A stretch of DNA of 64,000 nucleotides from Acidobacteriota bacterium (GTDB taxonomy: Bacteria > Acidobacteriota > CAIWXX01), in contig JBFMAF010000043.1 of NCBI GenBank assembly GCA_040755995.1, positions 64,001 through 128,000 of the forward strand, written 5' to 3'. Under the pieces are notes generated by a model, which saw only the letters and a program-made list of their open reading frames with translations, had not been told where the DNA came from and did not search any database. A program made the translations under genes and the position numbers. Positions 55,083 to 64,000 of the stretch are shown one piece after another. Position 1 is the stretch's first letter. Each line of letters starts with the position of its first letter.

Positions 55083-56066
55083 TCAGCAGGCGAATCCCCT
55101 CGCCGCGCCGGCGGCGGCGCGGATGTTTGCCTCGGGTGTCGTGATCATGGTCACGCAGCCCGTACCGACGATGAGGCGTCGACCTCCTGTCTGGGCGATC
55201 GCGTCCGCGACTTCGGCGCGGACAAGCTCGGGAGTGCCCCGGTGCATCACCGTGTCGCGCGAAAGCCCGCCGCAGGCGGCTCCATTGATCTTCGATATGC
55301 CCTGCTGCAACGACGGTGGAGTCTCGCGGTCATGCCAGTTCCAGACTCGAACAGGGTAGTCATTCGTGAGATCGAAGTAGATGTCCTCACCGTGAAGGTG
55401 CAGGACGTTGAGCCACAGGTTGCGAGCCGCGTCGAGAACGCGCAGGTCGTACTCGCGGCCCGCCTCACGGAATTCATCCTGGCTGACCAACCTTGCGGTG
55501 GGGTGCTGGACGGCATAGAAGATGCCTGCCGCGCCGGTGTCGCGGATGGCGCGCACGAAAGCTACAGTGCTCTCGGTCAGGCTTTCCAGTCCTTTCCGGA
55601 AATCAACCGGAGATTGTCGCATGTCGACCAGGTGGCGGTCTCCGGCGAGGTGCTTCGCCTGCGCAAGCGGGCTGAACACGGTCTGGATGACCGGTGTGCC
55701 GGGCAGGCTCTCCACGATCCGGGCCAGGCAGCGGAGCTGATCGCCGAGCGCACCGGCATGCGCATCCAGGATGGGCAGACGCCGCCAGTCGTCCGTCGCC
55801 TGGATCGGCCTGTGAACGCACTCGCGTGTACCCTCTTCGTTGCCCTTCCAGAGATCCCTGAGGCCCAGATCCCGAGACTGGAAGTTGCTGGCCGGCGTGA
55901 CCTTGACGAAATCGAAATCCCATCGCTTCTGCCAGGCCACCGTGGCCGCGGCCAGATCCTCCGGAGCCTGATCGTCCCCCGGGAAATGACGCCAGAATGC
56001 GACGGGGAGTATGTCCGGTCTCTGTCCGCTGATCGCAGCCTCCAGGCGCTCCCGCTTGTTCATCAT
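55083..56066 (-). CDS. uroporphyrinogen decarboxylase-like (UroD/MetE-like fold) protein of unknown substrate
   Basis: FWRHF, DFVKV, TVFSPL, LHLHG, GTGC; lacks the HemE RQAGR motif. Confidence 0.8.
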   Translation of the reverse strand: MMNKRERLEAAISGQRPDILPVAFWRHFPGDDQAPEDLAAATVAWQKRWDFDFVKVTPASNFQSRDLGLRDLWKGNEEGTRECVHRPIQATDDWRRLPILDAHAGALGDQLRCLARIVESLPGTPVIQTVFSPLAQAKHLAGDRHLVDMRQSPVDFRKGLESLTESTVAFVRAIRDTGAAGIFYAVQHPTARLVSQDEFREAGREYDLRVLDAARNLWLNVLHLHGEDIYFDLTNDYPVRVWNWHDRETPPSLQQGISKINGAACGGLSRDTVMHRGTPELVRAEVADAIAQTGGRRLIVGTGCVTMITTPEANIRAAAGAARGFAC

Positions 56067-56158
56067 TCCCAACCCCCGTAGCAGGGAGATTACATCTCGG
56101 AACGACTCCGATTTCAAGGGGCACGAGGCTGGAATCCGCAAAGGGTGCAGGCGCTGTC

Positions 56159-56200
56159 TTGTACGGCCCGCCCGCGTACGGTATACTCATTGTAGATACC
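56159..56200 (+). promoter_or_regulatory. mazEF promoter and autoregulatory palindrome
   Basis: TTGTAC-17 bp-TATACT, overlapped by the imperfect palindrome GGTATACTCATTGTAGATACC. Confidence 0.6.
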
Positions 56201-56214
56201 AAGGAGGTACGGCC

Positions 56215-56457
56215 ATGACGGCTAGAGTTCAGAAATGGGGAAACAGCCTTGCGCTGAGACTCCCCAAGGCCCTTGTGGACGAATTTCGGCTCGAGCGAGG
56301 TAGTGCTGTTGAACTGCGAGTTCTGGATGGCAAGCTCGTGATCGAGACCCACCGTCCGCCGCAGTACAGGCTCGATGATCTCCTCAAGGTGGTGTCCAAG
56401 CGTAACATCCACGCCGAGGTCAAGAGCGGCCGGCCTGTTGGCAGGGAGGCTCTGTGA
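56215..56457 (+). CDS. mazE: MazE/AbrB-type antitoxin
   Basis: AAGGAGG RBS; VQKWGNSLALRLP...YRLDDLL...G.PVGRE. Confidence 0.95.
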   Translation: MTARVQKWGNSLALRLPKALVDEFRLERGSAVELRVLDGKLVIETHRPPQYRLDDLLKVVSKRNIHAEVKSGRPVGREAL

Positions 56458-56798
56458 CGACATCGCTATACGTCCCCGATCGCGGGGACGTTGCATGGGT
56501 CGACTTCGACGCACAGTCAGGTCACGAACAGGCCGGCCGGCGACCGGCCCTGATTGTCTCTCCCCGATCCTACAACCAGAGAGTGGGCCTGGTGCTTCTT
56601 TGCCCGATCACCAATCAGCGTAAGGGCTATCCCTTCGAGGTGCCTCTGCCCGGGGGCCTCGAGGTAGCCGGTGTCGTGCTGGCGGACCAGATCAAGAGCA
56701 TGGATTGGCACGCGCGACATGCTGAATTTTGCTGCAAGGCACCTGCGGCGACTGTTCTTGATGTAATCGGCAAGGCGCAGTCTCTCCTCGCGTTCTGA
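56454..56798 (+). CDS. mazF: MazF endoribonuclease toxin
   Basis: YVPDRGD.W.DF..Q.GHEQAGRRPA..SP..YN...CPIT...KGYPFEV...DQIKS.DW..R. Confidence 0.95.
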   Translation: MTTSLYVPDRGDVAWVDFDAQSGHEQAGRRPALIVSPRSYNQRVGLVLLCPITNQRKGYPFEVPLPGGLEVAGVVLADQIKSMDWHARHAEFCCKAPAATVLDVIGKAQSLLAF

Positions 56799-56923
56799 AG
56801 CCTGACACAACCCTCGGGCTCGAAGCGGGCCGGTGCGTCCAACCCAGGGACGCGGTATCATGCTGGTGGTACACGTGCGAGCTGGCAACTGATATCATCG
56901 GAATCAAGCAGGGTGAATACGAG

Positions 56924-57592
56924 ATGAGAAGTGTTTCAGTGCGCGTGGTAGTTCCGGGAATCGCGGCGGGGTGGGTGATGGCCGAGGGCTGCCGGGTGGA
57001 GACATCCGGCGGAGCCCTGCTGGACGAGATGCGAGCCGTCCTCGCGCGGGCGATCGAGTCGAAGGATTCACCGCTGAGCCTGTCGAGGAAGGATGCGGCG
57101 AGGGATATGCTTCGGTTCGGCAAGTACAAGCCCACGGGAAGAGGCAAGCCTGCCAGCGAGTATCTGCTCAATGCGGCAGTCGAAGGCCGGTTTCCGGCCA
57201 TCAACAACCTTGTGGACATCAACAACCTGGTGTCGGTGGAATTCCTGCTGCCTATCTCGGTTGTGGACGTCGATCGCGCCGGCAGTCGCGCGTTTGACAT
57301 CCGTCGAGGCAGAGCAGGGGAGGAGTACATCTTCAATCCATCGGGCCAGGTGCTGGCGCTGCAGGACCTGCTGCTGACCTCGAAACTCCCGGAGGACGTT
57401 CCCTGCGCGAGCCCGATCAGGGATTGCCAGGCCACCAAGACCCATGATGGAACCCGCGAGGTTCTTGCGATCATCTACGCGCCGGCGTCGCAGGCGCACA
57501 CCGCCAAACAGGCAGCTGCGCGAATGGCGAGCCTGATGGTGCAGTTCTGCGGAGCTTCGGCCGAGTCGGGCTTGGCGGAGTACTCTGGCTGA
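56924..57592 (+). CDS. stand-alone B3/B4-domain (PheRS-beta-like) protein
   Basis: GKYKPTGRGKPASEYL, INNLVDINN.VS. Confidence 0.82.
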   Translation: MRSVSVRVVVPGIAAGWVMAEGCRVETSGGALLDEMRAVLARAIESKDSPLSLSRKDAARDMLRFGKYKPTGRGKPASEYLLNAAVEGRFPAINNLVDINNLVSVEFLLPISVVDVDRAGSRAFDIRRGRAGEEYIFNPSGQVLALQDLLLTSKLPEDVPCASPIRDCQATKTHDGTREVLAIIYAPASQAHTAKQAAARMASLMVQFCGASAESGLAEYSG

Positions 57593-57624
57593 CAGAGCAT
57601 CGGGTTCGGTCTTCGGCTCGACTA

Positions 57625-57659
57625 GTAGGCACGGCGCGAACCGAAGCGCACCCGCCTAC
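57625..57659. repeat. GTAG-type REP-like palindrome between convergent genes
   Basis: GTAGGC...GCGC...GCGC...GCCTAC. Confidence 0.45.
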
Positions 57660-57695
57660 CCGGTTTCGGTGATTGACCAGCCTCTCAGGCGCATT

Positions 57696-58835
57696 TCAGA
57701 ACCTAGGCAGCGGGAACCGGGGTGGTGGACGGGGTCCTGGCTTGTATGCCTGTGAATCGAAAATCTCCTGCAATTCTGGCTCCATCGATGGGATCTCCAC
57801 GGCGGGCACATCGATGCCGACCGTCAGAAGGGCATCCCGTCTCAAGTAGATGCCACACCAGGTTTCCCAGCTCGCGCCCTCGATGGTGTACCTCACACGA
57901 ACGAACCGCCGACCCTGCTCGTCCTCGATCGAAGTGTTCGAGGCGACATCGATCGGCGTGCCGTTGTCCCCCATGTCTCTTATGAGCGATTCGGCCATGG
58001 CTTCCAGATCCACCCAGGTTCCCTCAGGGATCTCCTCGACCCACACCACGAGGTGCGCCAAATAGCGGAGGTTGAAGGCGGAGCGGTCTGCATCAGGATA
58101 GTTCCGCGTGATCCATCCACTTGGGCGCAGATACCAATCAGCCCCCGGCAAGGAAATGGTATACCGTGCAGCATCCCCATCTACTCGGTTTGTTGGATTG
58201 CACACGATTTCCCCCATGAGAAAAAGGTGCCACCTGGTCATACCGATTGGGTTTGCCACCCATAGGATCTCCACCGATAAACAGGGCAACAGCACGGCGC
58301 CGGCCTCTACGAGCCTCAGAGGACTTGCAGAGTTGATAAGCAACAACAAGAGCCCCAACGATTCACCGACTTGAAGAGTCAACGTGAGGTAGTCTTGATC
58401 CGCCAGCGAGTAGCCGCCCACGATGAGGGTCTGGAGGACAACTACGCCCCGTGCCCACCAGATAGCGCGACGATAGTTCGCAACCAGTAACGCGCCCGCA
58501 GTCAAATTGGCAACGGCAAGTGCAATCACAAGGAGCTTCATGAAATCCGTGACAATCGACCCGTGACCGGGCCCCTGCAGGATCATCAGCAAGCCGAGGA
58601 GAGCAAGCACGGCGCCGCCGGCGGGGACGCCGAAATGGAGGCCCGCTGTACTGGAAGATGCCACCTCTGATTCCGTTGTGGCGGGAATGGGGGGCGTCGG
58701 CAGAGGCGCCTCAGTCCCATCAATGGCTGCATTGCACCGGGGGCACCTGCCGTCCGGTCGAGCGGAATGCTTCAGAGTGCAACTAGGACACTGAACCCAC
58801 TCTGTCATTCCGTCTCGTGCCTGCGTGGTGTTCAT
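57696..58835 (-). CDS. membrane protein with N-terminal zinc ribbon
   Basis: CPSC...CPRC, several TM segments and a soluble C-terminal domain; start uncertain (58835 or 58808). Confidence 0.7.
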   Translation of the reverse strand: MNTTQARDGMTEWVQCPSCTLKHSARPDGRCPRCNAAIDGTEAPLPTPPIPATTESEVASSSTAGLHFGVPAGGAVLALLGLLMILQGPGHGSIVTDFMKLLVIALAVANLTAGALLVANYRRAIWWARGVVVLQTLIVGGYSLADQDYLTLTLQVGESLGLLLLLINSASPLRLVEAGAVLLPCLSVEILWVANPIGMTRWHLFLMGEIVCNPTNRVDGDAARYTISLPGADWYLRPSGWITRNYPDADRSAFNLRYLAHLVVWVEEIPEGTWVDLEAMAESLIRDMGDNGTPIDVASNTSIEDEQGRRFVRVRYTIEGASWETWCGIYLRRDALLTVGIDVPAVEIPSMEPELQEIFDSQAYKPGPRPPPRFPLPRF

Positions 58836-58866
58836 TGACCGATCGGCCCGTGGTCCAGGGTGGTGA

Positions 58867-59757
58867 CTACTCGCTACCCGGTTGAGCTTGGCGATCTGCG
58901 AGGAACTCATCCAGAAAGCCTCCCAGTGCCAACTGCGCCTCCGGGCTCACAGTCAAGCCGCCCGAGTTGTGATATCCCACGAGTCGTGCGAACCGCTTGG
59001 GCTCGTTGGAGGCCTTGAACAGGGCTTCGCCCATCCAGAACGGGACGATGTCATCATCGGGGCTGTGGACGATCAAGACCGGGCAATGGACCTGGGACAA
59101 CTTTGCGATCGAATCGTATCGAATTCGCAGCAAGAGGCTGGAGGGCAACCAAGGGTAATGATGCCGGGCCATGTCCCGCACGCTGGTTAGCGTAGATTCG
59201 AGGAGAAGGGCACCAGGTGGTTGCCGGACTGCGCACTCCACCGCCACACCTCCACCAAGTGATTCGCCGTGGTAGACAATCCGGGCGCGCGGGATGCCTC
59301 TCTCGCGCACAACGTGCTCGACGGCCGCTTCCATGTCGCTGTAGGTCCCCTCCTCACCGGGCTTGCCTTCGCTCGTTCCGTATCCACGGTAGTCGAATGC
59401 CATGACCGACAGGCCCAGAGCATTGAACAACCGGAGGTGATCCAGCCGGTCTGAGATGTTGCCGCCGTTGCCATGGGCAAACACGAGCGCGACGCGGGCT
59501 TTCTCGGCCGGGACCCACCACGCCCCCAGCGCGACTCCGTCGCTCGTCTTCAGCAGAACGTCCTCGTACGCCAGCCCGACGAACTGCGGCGTGGCGCGAA
59601 TCGTGGCGTCGGGAAAATAGACGAAGGATTCCTGTCTCAAGTACATGTATGCCAGCAGCCCCACGAATCCGATCAGGAGCAGCAAAGCGACGCGAAGCAT
59701 CATCTTCAGGAACGCGTTCAGAACGTCACTCTCACTCGGATGTTTCGCTTCACTCAT
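58867..59757 (-). CDS. alpha/beta hydrolase (Bem46/ABHD13-like)
   Basis: HGNGGN, DYRGYG.SEG, GESLGG, HS.DDDIVP. Confidence 0.9.
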   Translation of the reverse strand: MSEAKHPSESDVLNAFLKMMLRVALLLLIGFVGLLAYMYLRQESFVYFPDATIRATPQFVGLAYEDVLLKTSDGVALGAWWVPAEKARVALVFAHGNGGNISDRLDHLRLFNALGLSVMAFDYRGYGTSEGKPGEEGTYSDMEAAVEHVVRERGIPRARIVYHGESLGGGVAVECAVRQPPGALLLESTLTSVRDMARHHYPWLPSSLLLRIRYDSIAKLSQVHCPVLIVHSPDDDIVPFWMGEALFKASNEPKRFARLVGYHNSGGLTVSPEAQLALGGFLDEFLADRQAQPGSE

Positions 59758-59966
59758 CACCCTCGCAACCCGCGCTTGCGAGAACAGAAGTTAGCACACT
59801 GCGCATATCGATCCAAGTCGCGCGGGATCGCGGCCCAGTCGGCAGGTTGCAGGCCTATGTCGCAGCGAGCTTGCGTTGGCCGCTCTCGCATGCCATCCTA
59901 TCGCGATGTTCACATGAGCACGAGATCGAATCAGGCCGGCGTGCCGGGGTGAAGAGGAGCGGTAAC

Positions 59967-61433
59967 GTGGAAACAACTCTCGACAAGAGGAAGTTCGTTC
60001 CGATCGTGAGCACGATCGCGTTCGCGGCCTTCATGGTGTCGCTCGATTCCTACATCGTGAACGTATCGCTGCCGTCGATCGCGACCTTCTTCAATGTCTC
60101 CATGAGCAGGGTGACGCTGGTCATCCTCGCCTACATGGTCTCCCTGACCAGCACGACGCTCATCTTTGGAAAGCTGACCGACCGATTCGGGCTGAAAGCG
60201 ATCTTCCTGCTCGGCTACGTCGTATTCTCCATCGGCTCTCTGCTCTGCGGGATCTCCGCGCACCTCCCCATGCTTGTCGCGTCCCGGTTCCTGCAGGGTA
60301 TAGGCGGGTCGATGCTGATCATCGCAGCCTATGCCATCATTCCGCGACAGGTTCCGCACGAGATCAGGGGATGGGCCTTCGCGCGGGTCTCGGTTGTCGC
60401 GGCGTTTGGGGTCACCGTCGGGGCCCCTCTCGGCGGTCTCATCACAGGCTACCTCTCCTGGCACTGGGTCTTCCTGATCAATATCCCTATCGGCATCGCC
60501 GCCGTCATCGTCGGCCGCAGAATCCTGCCGGCGGACCGGCCGCGCGAGACCGAAGAAGCGCGGCCGCCGTTCGACATCCTCGGCGCGCTCCTCAGCTTCC
60601 TGGGGATCTTCGCGATCGTCTACGCTCTCAACAACGGCAGCGAAGAAGGATGGGCATCGCCGAAGATCGTTGCGGGCCTCGTTGTTTTCGCTGTCTCACT
60701 TCTCTCGTTCCTCGTCTGGGAAAAGCGCGCACCCGATCCGTTGCTCGCACTGAGGCTGTTCCGGAACGCGCGTTTCGACCTGATGCTGATCGCCGGCGGC
60801 CTGGCATTTATGGTCGTTGCCGGCAACAATCTTCTGCTGCCGTTCTACCTTGAAATCGACAGGGGGCTGGCTCCACAGCGCACCGGCATAGTCCTGATGC
60901 TCTATTCCATCGCCATCATGATCGTCGGTCCCAAGGCGGGGGCCGCTTCCGACCGGATCAAACCTGCGGTGCTCTGCACGATTGCGATGGGATCGGCCGG
61001 GACGGCCTTCCTCTTCTTCGCGCTCCTCCTCCCGCACCAGAGCCCATGGCCCGCGGTGATCTTCCTTGTGTGGCTGGGCGTGTCTTGTGGCCTCTTCCTC
61101 TCGCCGAACAGCAACCAGGTCATGAGCGAAGCACCTGCCGAGGACCAGGGCGCCGCATCGGGTCTCTTCAACATGGTGATGCGGCTGAGCCTCGTTCTCG
61201 GCGCCTGCATACTCGAAACCGTGTTCTCCGAAGTGGTGCCGCACGGAGCCGGGAGCCTTGCGGCGAGCGACACATCGAGCCAAACCCTGAACCACGGGTT
61301 CGCGCTTGCCTACACCTTGGCCGCAGCGCTGTGCTTCGTTGCGATGGCCGTTTCCCTGATCACCGCGACGCGTGCCCCTGGAAGAGAGGCGACAGCAACA
61401 GCTAAAGATGGATCCAACCTGCCCGCCGGTTGA
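59967..61433 (+). CDS. DHA2 (EmrB/QacA) MFS efflux transporter
   Basis: LDSYIVNVSLP, GKLTDRFG, WHWVFLINIPIG; GAGGAG RBS before GTG 59967. Confidence 0.92.
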   Translation: METTLDKRKFVPIVSTIAFAAFMVSLDSYIVNVSLPSIATFFNVSMSRVTLVILAYMVSLTSTTLIFGKLTDRFGLKAIFLLGYVVFSIGSLLCGISAHLPMLVASRFLQGIGGSMLIIAAYAIIPRQVPHEIRGWAFARVSVVAAFGVTVGAPLGGLITGYLSWHWVFLINIPIGIAAVIVGRRILPADRPRETEEARPPFDILGALLSFLGIFAIVYALNNGSEEGWASPKIVAGLVVFAVSLLSFLVWEKRAPDPLLALRLFRNARFDLMLIAGGLAFMVVAGNNLLLPFYLEIDRGLAPQRTGIVLMLYSIAIMIVGPKAGAASDRIKPAVLCTIAMGSAGTAFLFFALLLPHQSPWPAVIFLVWLGVSCGLFLSPNSNQVMSEAPAEDQGAASGLFNMVMRLSLVLGACILETVFSEVVPHGAGSLAASDTSSQTLNHGFALAYTLAAALCFVAMAVSLITATRAPGREATATAKDGSNLPAG

Positions 61434-61488
61434 TCGGGCCGGCCTCTCCTCTCTTGCCTTCGAGCGAACGATCCGGTAACTTACTTCA

Positions 61489-62058
61489 ATGCAATACGAT
61501 CGAGAAGCTGCCTGGAACTTGCTGGCGAGCTGGACCGAGTCTCATGCGCTTCGCAAGCACGCGCTCGCGGTGGAAGCCGCCATGCGCGCCCACGCCCGGC
61601 GCCTCGGCCAGGACGAGGAGGCCTACGGTGTGATCGGGCTCCTGCACGACTTCGACTACGAGCGCTGCCCCACGATGGAGACGCACGTGCGCGAAGGCGC
61701 TCGGGTGCTCCGCGAGCAACGATGGCCCGAGGCGTGGGTGCGTGCTATCGAGGGCCACGCCGACTACACGGGCGTTCCGCGGGATTCCGACATGGCCCGG
61801 TGCCTTTTCGCCGTCGACGAGCTCACCGGGTTCCTGACGGCCGCCGCGCTGGTTCGTCCCGACAAGATGATCGCCAACGTGCAGGTCGAGTCGGTAGTCA
61901 AGAAGATGAAAGACAAGGCCTTCGCGAGGTCCGTGAACCGCGACGATATCAGAAGAGGAGCCGAGGAGATCGGCATGCCTCTGGCCGAGCACATCGCATT
62001 TGTGCGAGACGCAATGGCTACGATTGCAGCCGATCTTGGGCTGGCCGGCCAGGGCTGA
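61489..62058 (+). CDS. HD-domain hydrolase
   Basis: LRKHALAVE, GLLHDFDYE, DELTG, KKMKDKAFARSVNR. Confidence 0.9.
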   Translation: MQYDREAAWNLLASWTESHALRKHALAVEAAMRAHARRLGQDEEAYGVIGLLHDFDYERCPTMETHVREGARVLREQRWPEAWVRAIEGHADYTGVPRDSDMARCLFAVDELTGFLTAAALVRPDKMIANVQVESVVKKMKDKAFARSVNRDDIRRGAEEIGMPLAEHIAFVRDAMATIAADLGLAGQG

Positions 62059-62138
62059 CCGAGGACGGCCCTCTGTCCCAGTCCGGCGTATAGTGAGCGC
62101 GACAGCAACTCGCCAGAGCCCATCAACAGGAGAAACAC

Positions 62139-63386
62139 ATGAGTGAGCTCATCGACAACAAGGCCTATCGAATCCGCACCCTCAAGGAGATCATCAAGCA
62201 TCTGCATGCCGGGCAAGCTCCGGAGCAGGTGAAGCAGCGCCTGAAGGAGCTCGTGAGGGAGACGGACTACGCGGAGATCGCGGCGATGGAGCAGGAGCTG
62301 ATGGCCGAGGGGATGCCGGCCGAAGAGGTGCGATCCATGTGCGATCTGCATTCGCAGGTCACGCGCGAGATCCTGGCGAAACCGCCCGAACGCCATATCC
62401 CGCCCGGCCACCCGATCGACACCTTCAAGATCGAGAACGAGGCGCTCCGCAAGGTGGTCGCATCGATGCGAGCCGCGGTTGCCGGGATCGGCGCGATGCC
62501 CGAAGACGCTCGCCCCGAGAAAGAGCTTCTCCCATGGCGACAGGCGCTGAACGATCTCATGGACGTCGAGAAGCATTACCAGCGCAAGGAGCTGGCCCTT
62601 TTCAGCTGCCTCGAACGACACGGCATCACCGGCCCATCGAAGGTGATGTGGAGCAAGGATGACGAGGTGCGTGGCCTGCTGAAGAGCCTCGCCGAGGCTC
62701 TCCGCGAGGAGGCGACCGCAGGCGAGTGGAAGATCGTCGCGCAGACGGTGGCCGAACCCGCTATGCAGGCGGTCGAGGAGATGATCTACAAGGAGGAGCG
62801 CATTCTGTTCCCGCTGTCGCTCGAGACGCTCACCGAGGATGAGTGGGCGGAGATCTGGAGCGAGTCGCCGAGGTTCGGATGGTGCCTCGTGGAACCGCGC
62901 GAGGGCTACCAGCCGCCCAGGGCGGTGTCGGCCGAGAGAGTGATGCAGCTGCCGGGCGGCGAGGCTGTCATGTTCCCAACGGGCAATCTCACGTTCGATC
63001 AGCTGCTCGCCGTCTTCTCGACCCTGCCCGTGGACCTGACCTTCGTAGACGCCGACGATCGAGTCCGGTATTTCTCCGAAGGACGCGACCGGATCTTCTC
63101 CAGGAGCAAGGCCATCATCGGACGCAAGGTCCAGCACTGCCATCCGCCGCGCAGCGTCTCGGTTGTCGACAAGATCGTCTCCGACTTCCGTTCGGGTAAA
63201 CAGGACGTGGCTGAGTTTTGGATCAACTTTCGGGGGCGCTTCGTCCACATCCGCTACTTCGCCATGCGAGACGGCAAGGGGCAGTACGCGGGCACCCTCG
63301 AGGTCACCCAGGACGTCACGCATATAAGGGCGCTCGACGGCGAGCGGCGTCTTCTCCAGTACGATGAGCCCGAGAAGACCTCATGA
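62139..63386 (+). CDS. DUF438 + hemerythrin + PAS domain protein
   Basis: EQELM.EG...MCDLH, GHPI.TF..EN, HY.RKE, MIYKEE.ILFP, LPVDLTFVD, HCHPP.S. Confidence 0.88.
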   Translation: MSELIDNKAYRIRTLKEIIKHLHAGQAPEQVKQRLKELVRETDYAEIAAMEQELMAEGMPAEEVRSMCDLHSQVTREILAKPPERHIPPGHPIDTFKIENEALRKVVASMRAAVAGIGAMPEDARPEKELLPWRQALNDLMDVEKHYQRKELALFSCLERHGITGPSKVMWSKDDEVRGLLKSLAEALREEATAGEWKIVAQTVAEPAMQAVEEMIYKEERILFPLSLETLTEDEWAEIWSESPRFGWCLVEPREGYQPPRAVSAERVMQLPGGEAVMFPTGNLTFDQLLAVFSTLPVDLTFVDADDRVRYFSEGRDRIFSRSKAIIGRKVQHCHPPRSVSVVDKIVSDFRSGKQDVAEFWINFRGRFVHIRYFAMRDGKGQYAGTLEVTQDVTHIRALDGERRLLQYDEPEKTS

Positions 63387-63913
63387 GCCTCCCCATCACG
63401 CCAGAGACCAAGATCGGCGCAATGCTGGACGCCTACCCGGAGCTGGAAGACAGGCTGATCGCCTGGGTCCCCGAGTTCAAGAAGCTGAAGAACCCGGTTC
63501 TGCGCAGGACGATCGCCAAGGTCGCAACGCTCGAGCAGGCCGCGAAAGTCGCAGGGATCAGCGTCCGTGGGCTGGTAGGGATGCTGAGAGAGGCAGCCGG
63601 CCAGGAGCCCGCCCGCGAAGGACCGGACCGCGATGATGCCGGATCGCCAGCGGAAGAGCCGCCGCTGTGGCTCGACCACCAGAAAGTCACGCGGACTATC
63701 GATGCCGACGCCATAATCGCGGCGGGACAGCACCCGCTCGGCGACGTCCGCCGCGCTCTGACAGTACTCGCTCCCGGCCACATCCTTCGGCTGCGCAGCG
63801 GCTTCCGGCCCGTTCCGCTGATCGAGAGCCTCGCGCGGGAAGGCTTCGACACATTCTCGATCCGGGAACCCGGCGGGGAGTTCTCCACGTATATCAGGAA
63901 GAGCGACGGCTGA
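63383..63913 (+). CDS. DUF1858 + DUF2249-like protein
   Basis: L..YPELE...FKKLKNPVLRRT...TL.QAA; C-terminal HPL..V......PG..L.L...F.PVPLI; ATGA overlap. Confidence 0.8.
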   Translation: MSLPITPETKIGAMLDAYPELEDRLIAWVPEFKKLKNPVLRRTIAKVATLEQAAKVAGISVRGLVGMLREAAGQEPAREGPDRDDAGSPAEEPPLWLDHQKVTRTIDADAIIAAGQHPLGDVRRALTVLAPGHILRLRSGFRPVPLIESLAREGFDTFSIREPGGEFSTYIRKSDG

Positions 63914-64000
63914 GCCGCGCGCAGGGAACGGATCACAACCGACACCCCCTCCCGCGGGCACGACCGGGCGCTCGCCGTCGGAACAGCCGCGGGACCGGGC

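Noticed and set aside
55083..56066. hemE
   Set aside because: Lacks the RQAGR substrate-binding motif and has no tetrapyrrole gene context.
56924..57592. pheT
   Set aside because: Only the B3/B4 domain (222 aa) is present, and there is no pheS.
1..64000. tRNA, rRNA, riboswitch, integrase or transposase genes
   Set aside because: None recognised by eye; a covariance-model scan would be needed to exclude small RNAs.

Overview
GC-rich bacterial chromosomal window. The gene content points to an anaerobe or facultative anaerobe; the lineage cannot be determined from the sequence alone. I found no rRNA, tRNA, CRISPR array, integrase or transposase. Product calls come from motifs recognised by eye, not from database searches. 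Main content, left to right: (1) a nucleotidyltransferase gene split by a 173-bp non-autonomous element that occurs in four copies in the first 11 kb, bounded by TAG-like ends; (2) an MvhAG-like group 3 [NiFe]-hydrogenase with no MvhD, Hdr or diaphorase partner, flanked instead by two V4R-like proteins (one fused to a 2x[4Fe-4S] ferredoxin) and preceded by three roadblock/LC7-domain genes (one with DUF4388), which is a candidate H2/redox-sensing signalling system; (3) housekeeping and transport genes; (4) an accessory zone (about 16-28 kb) in which the 3' end of a downstream Fe-S gene recurs twice as degraded direct repeats, bracketing a two-component/ABC-aminopeptidase module and a toxin-antitoxin block; (5) a nine-gene operon with an HdrA-FlxDCBA module inserted between the alpha and beta genes of a 2-oxoacid:ferredoxin oxidoreductase, ending in an HdrC-CCG fusion; (6) a GMC oxidoreductase/aldehyde dehydrogenase/PLP enzyme cluster, a CoA-activase/acyl-CoA synthetase cluster, a UroD-like/lutA/lutBC/sulfatase operon, mazEF, and a hemerythrin-PAS gene pair.
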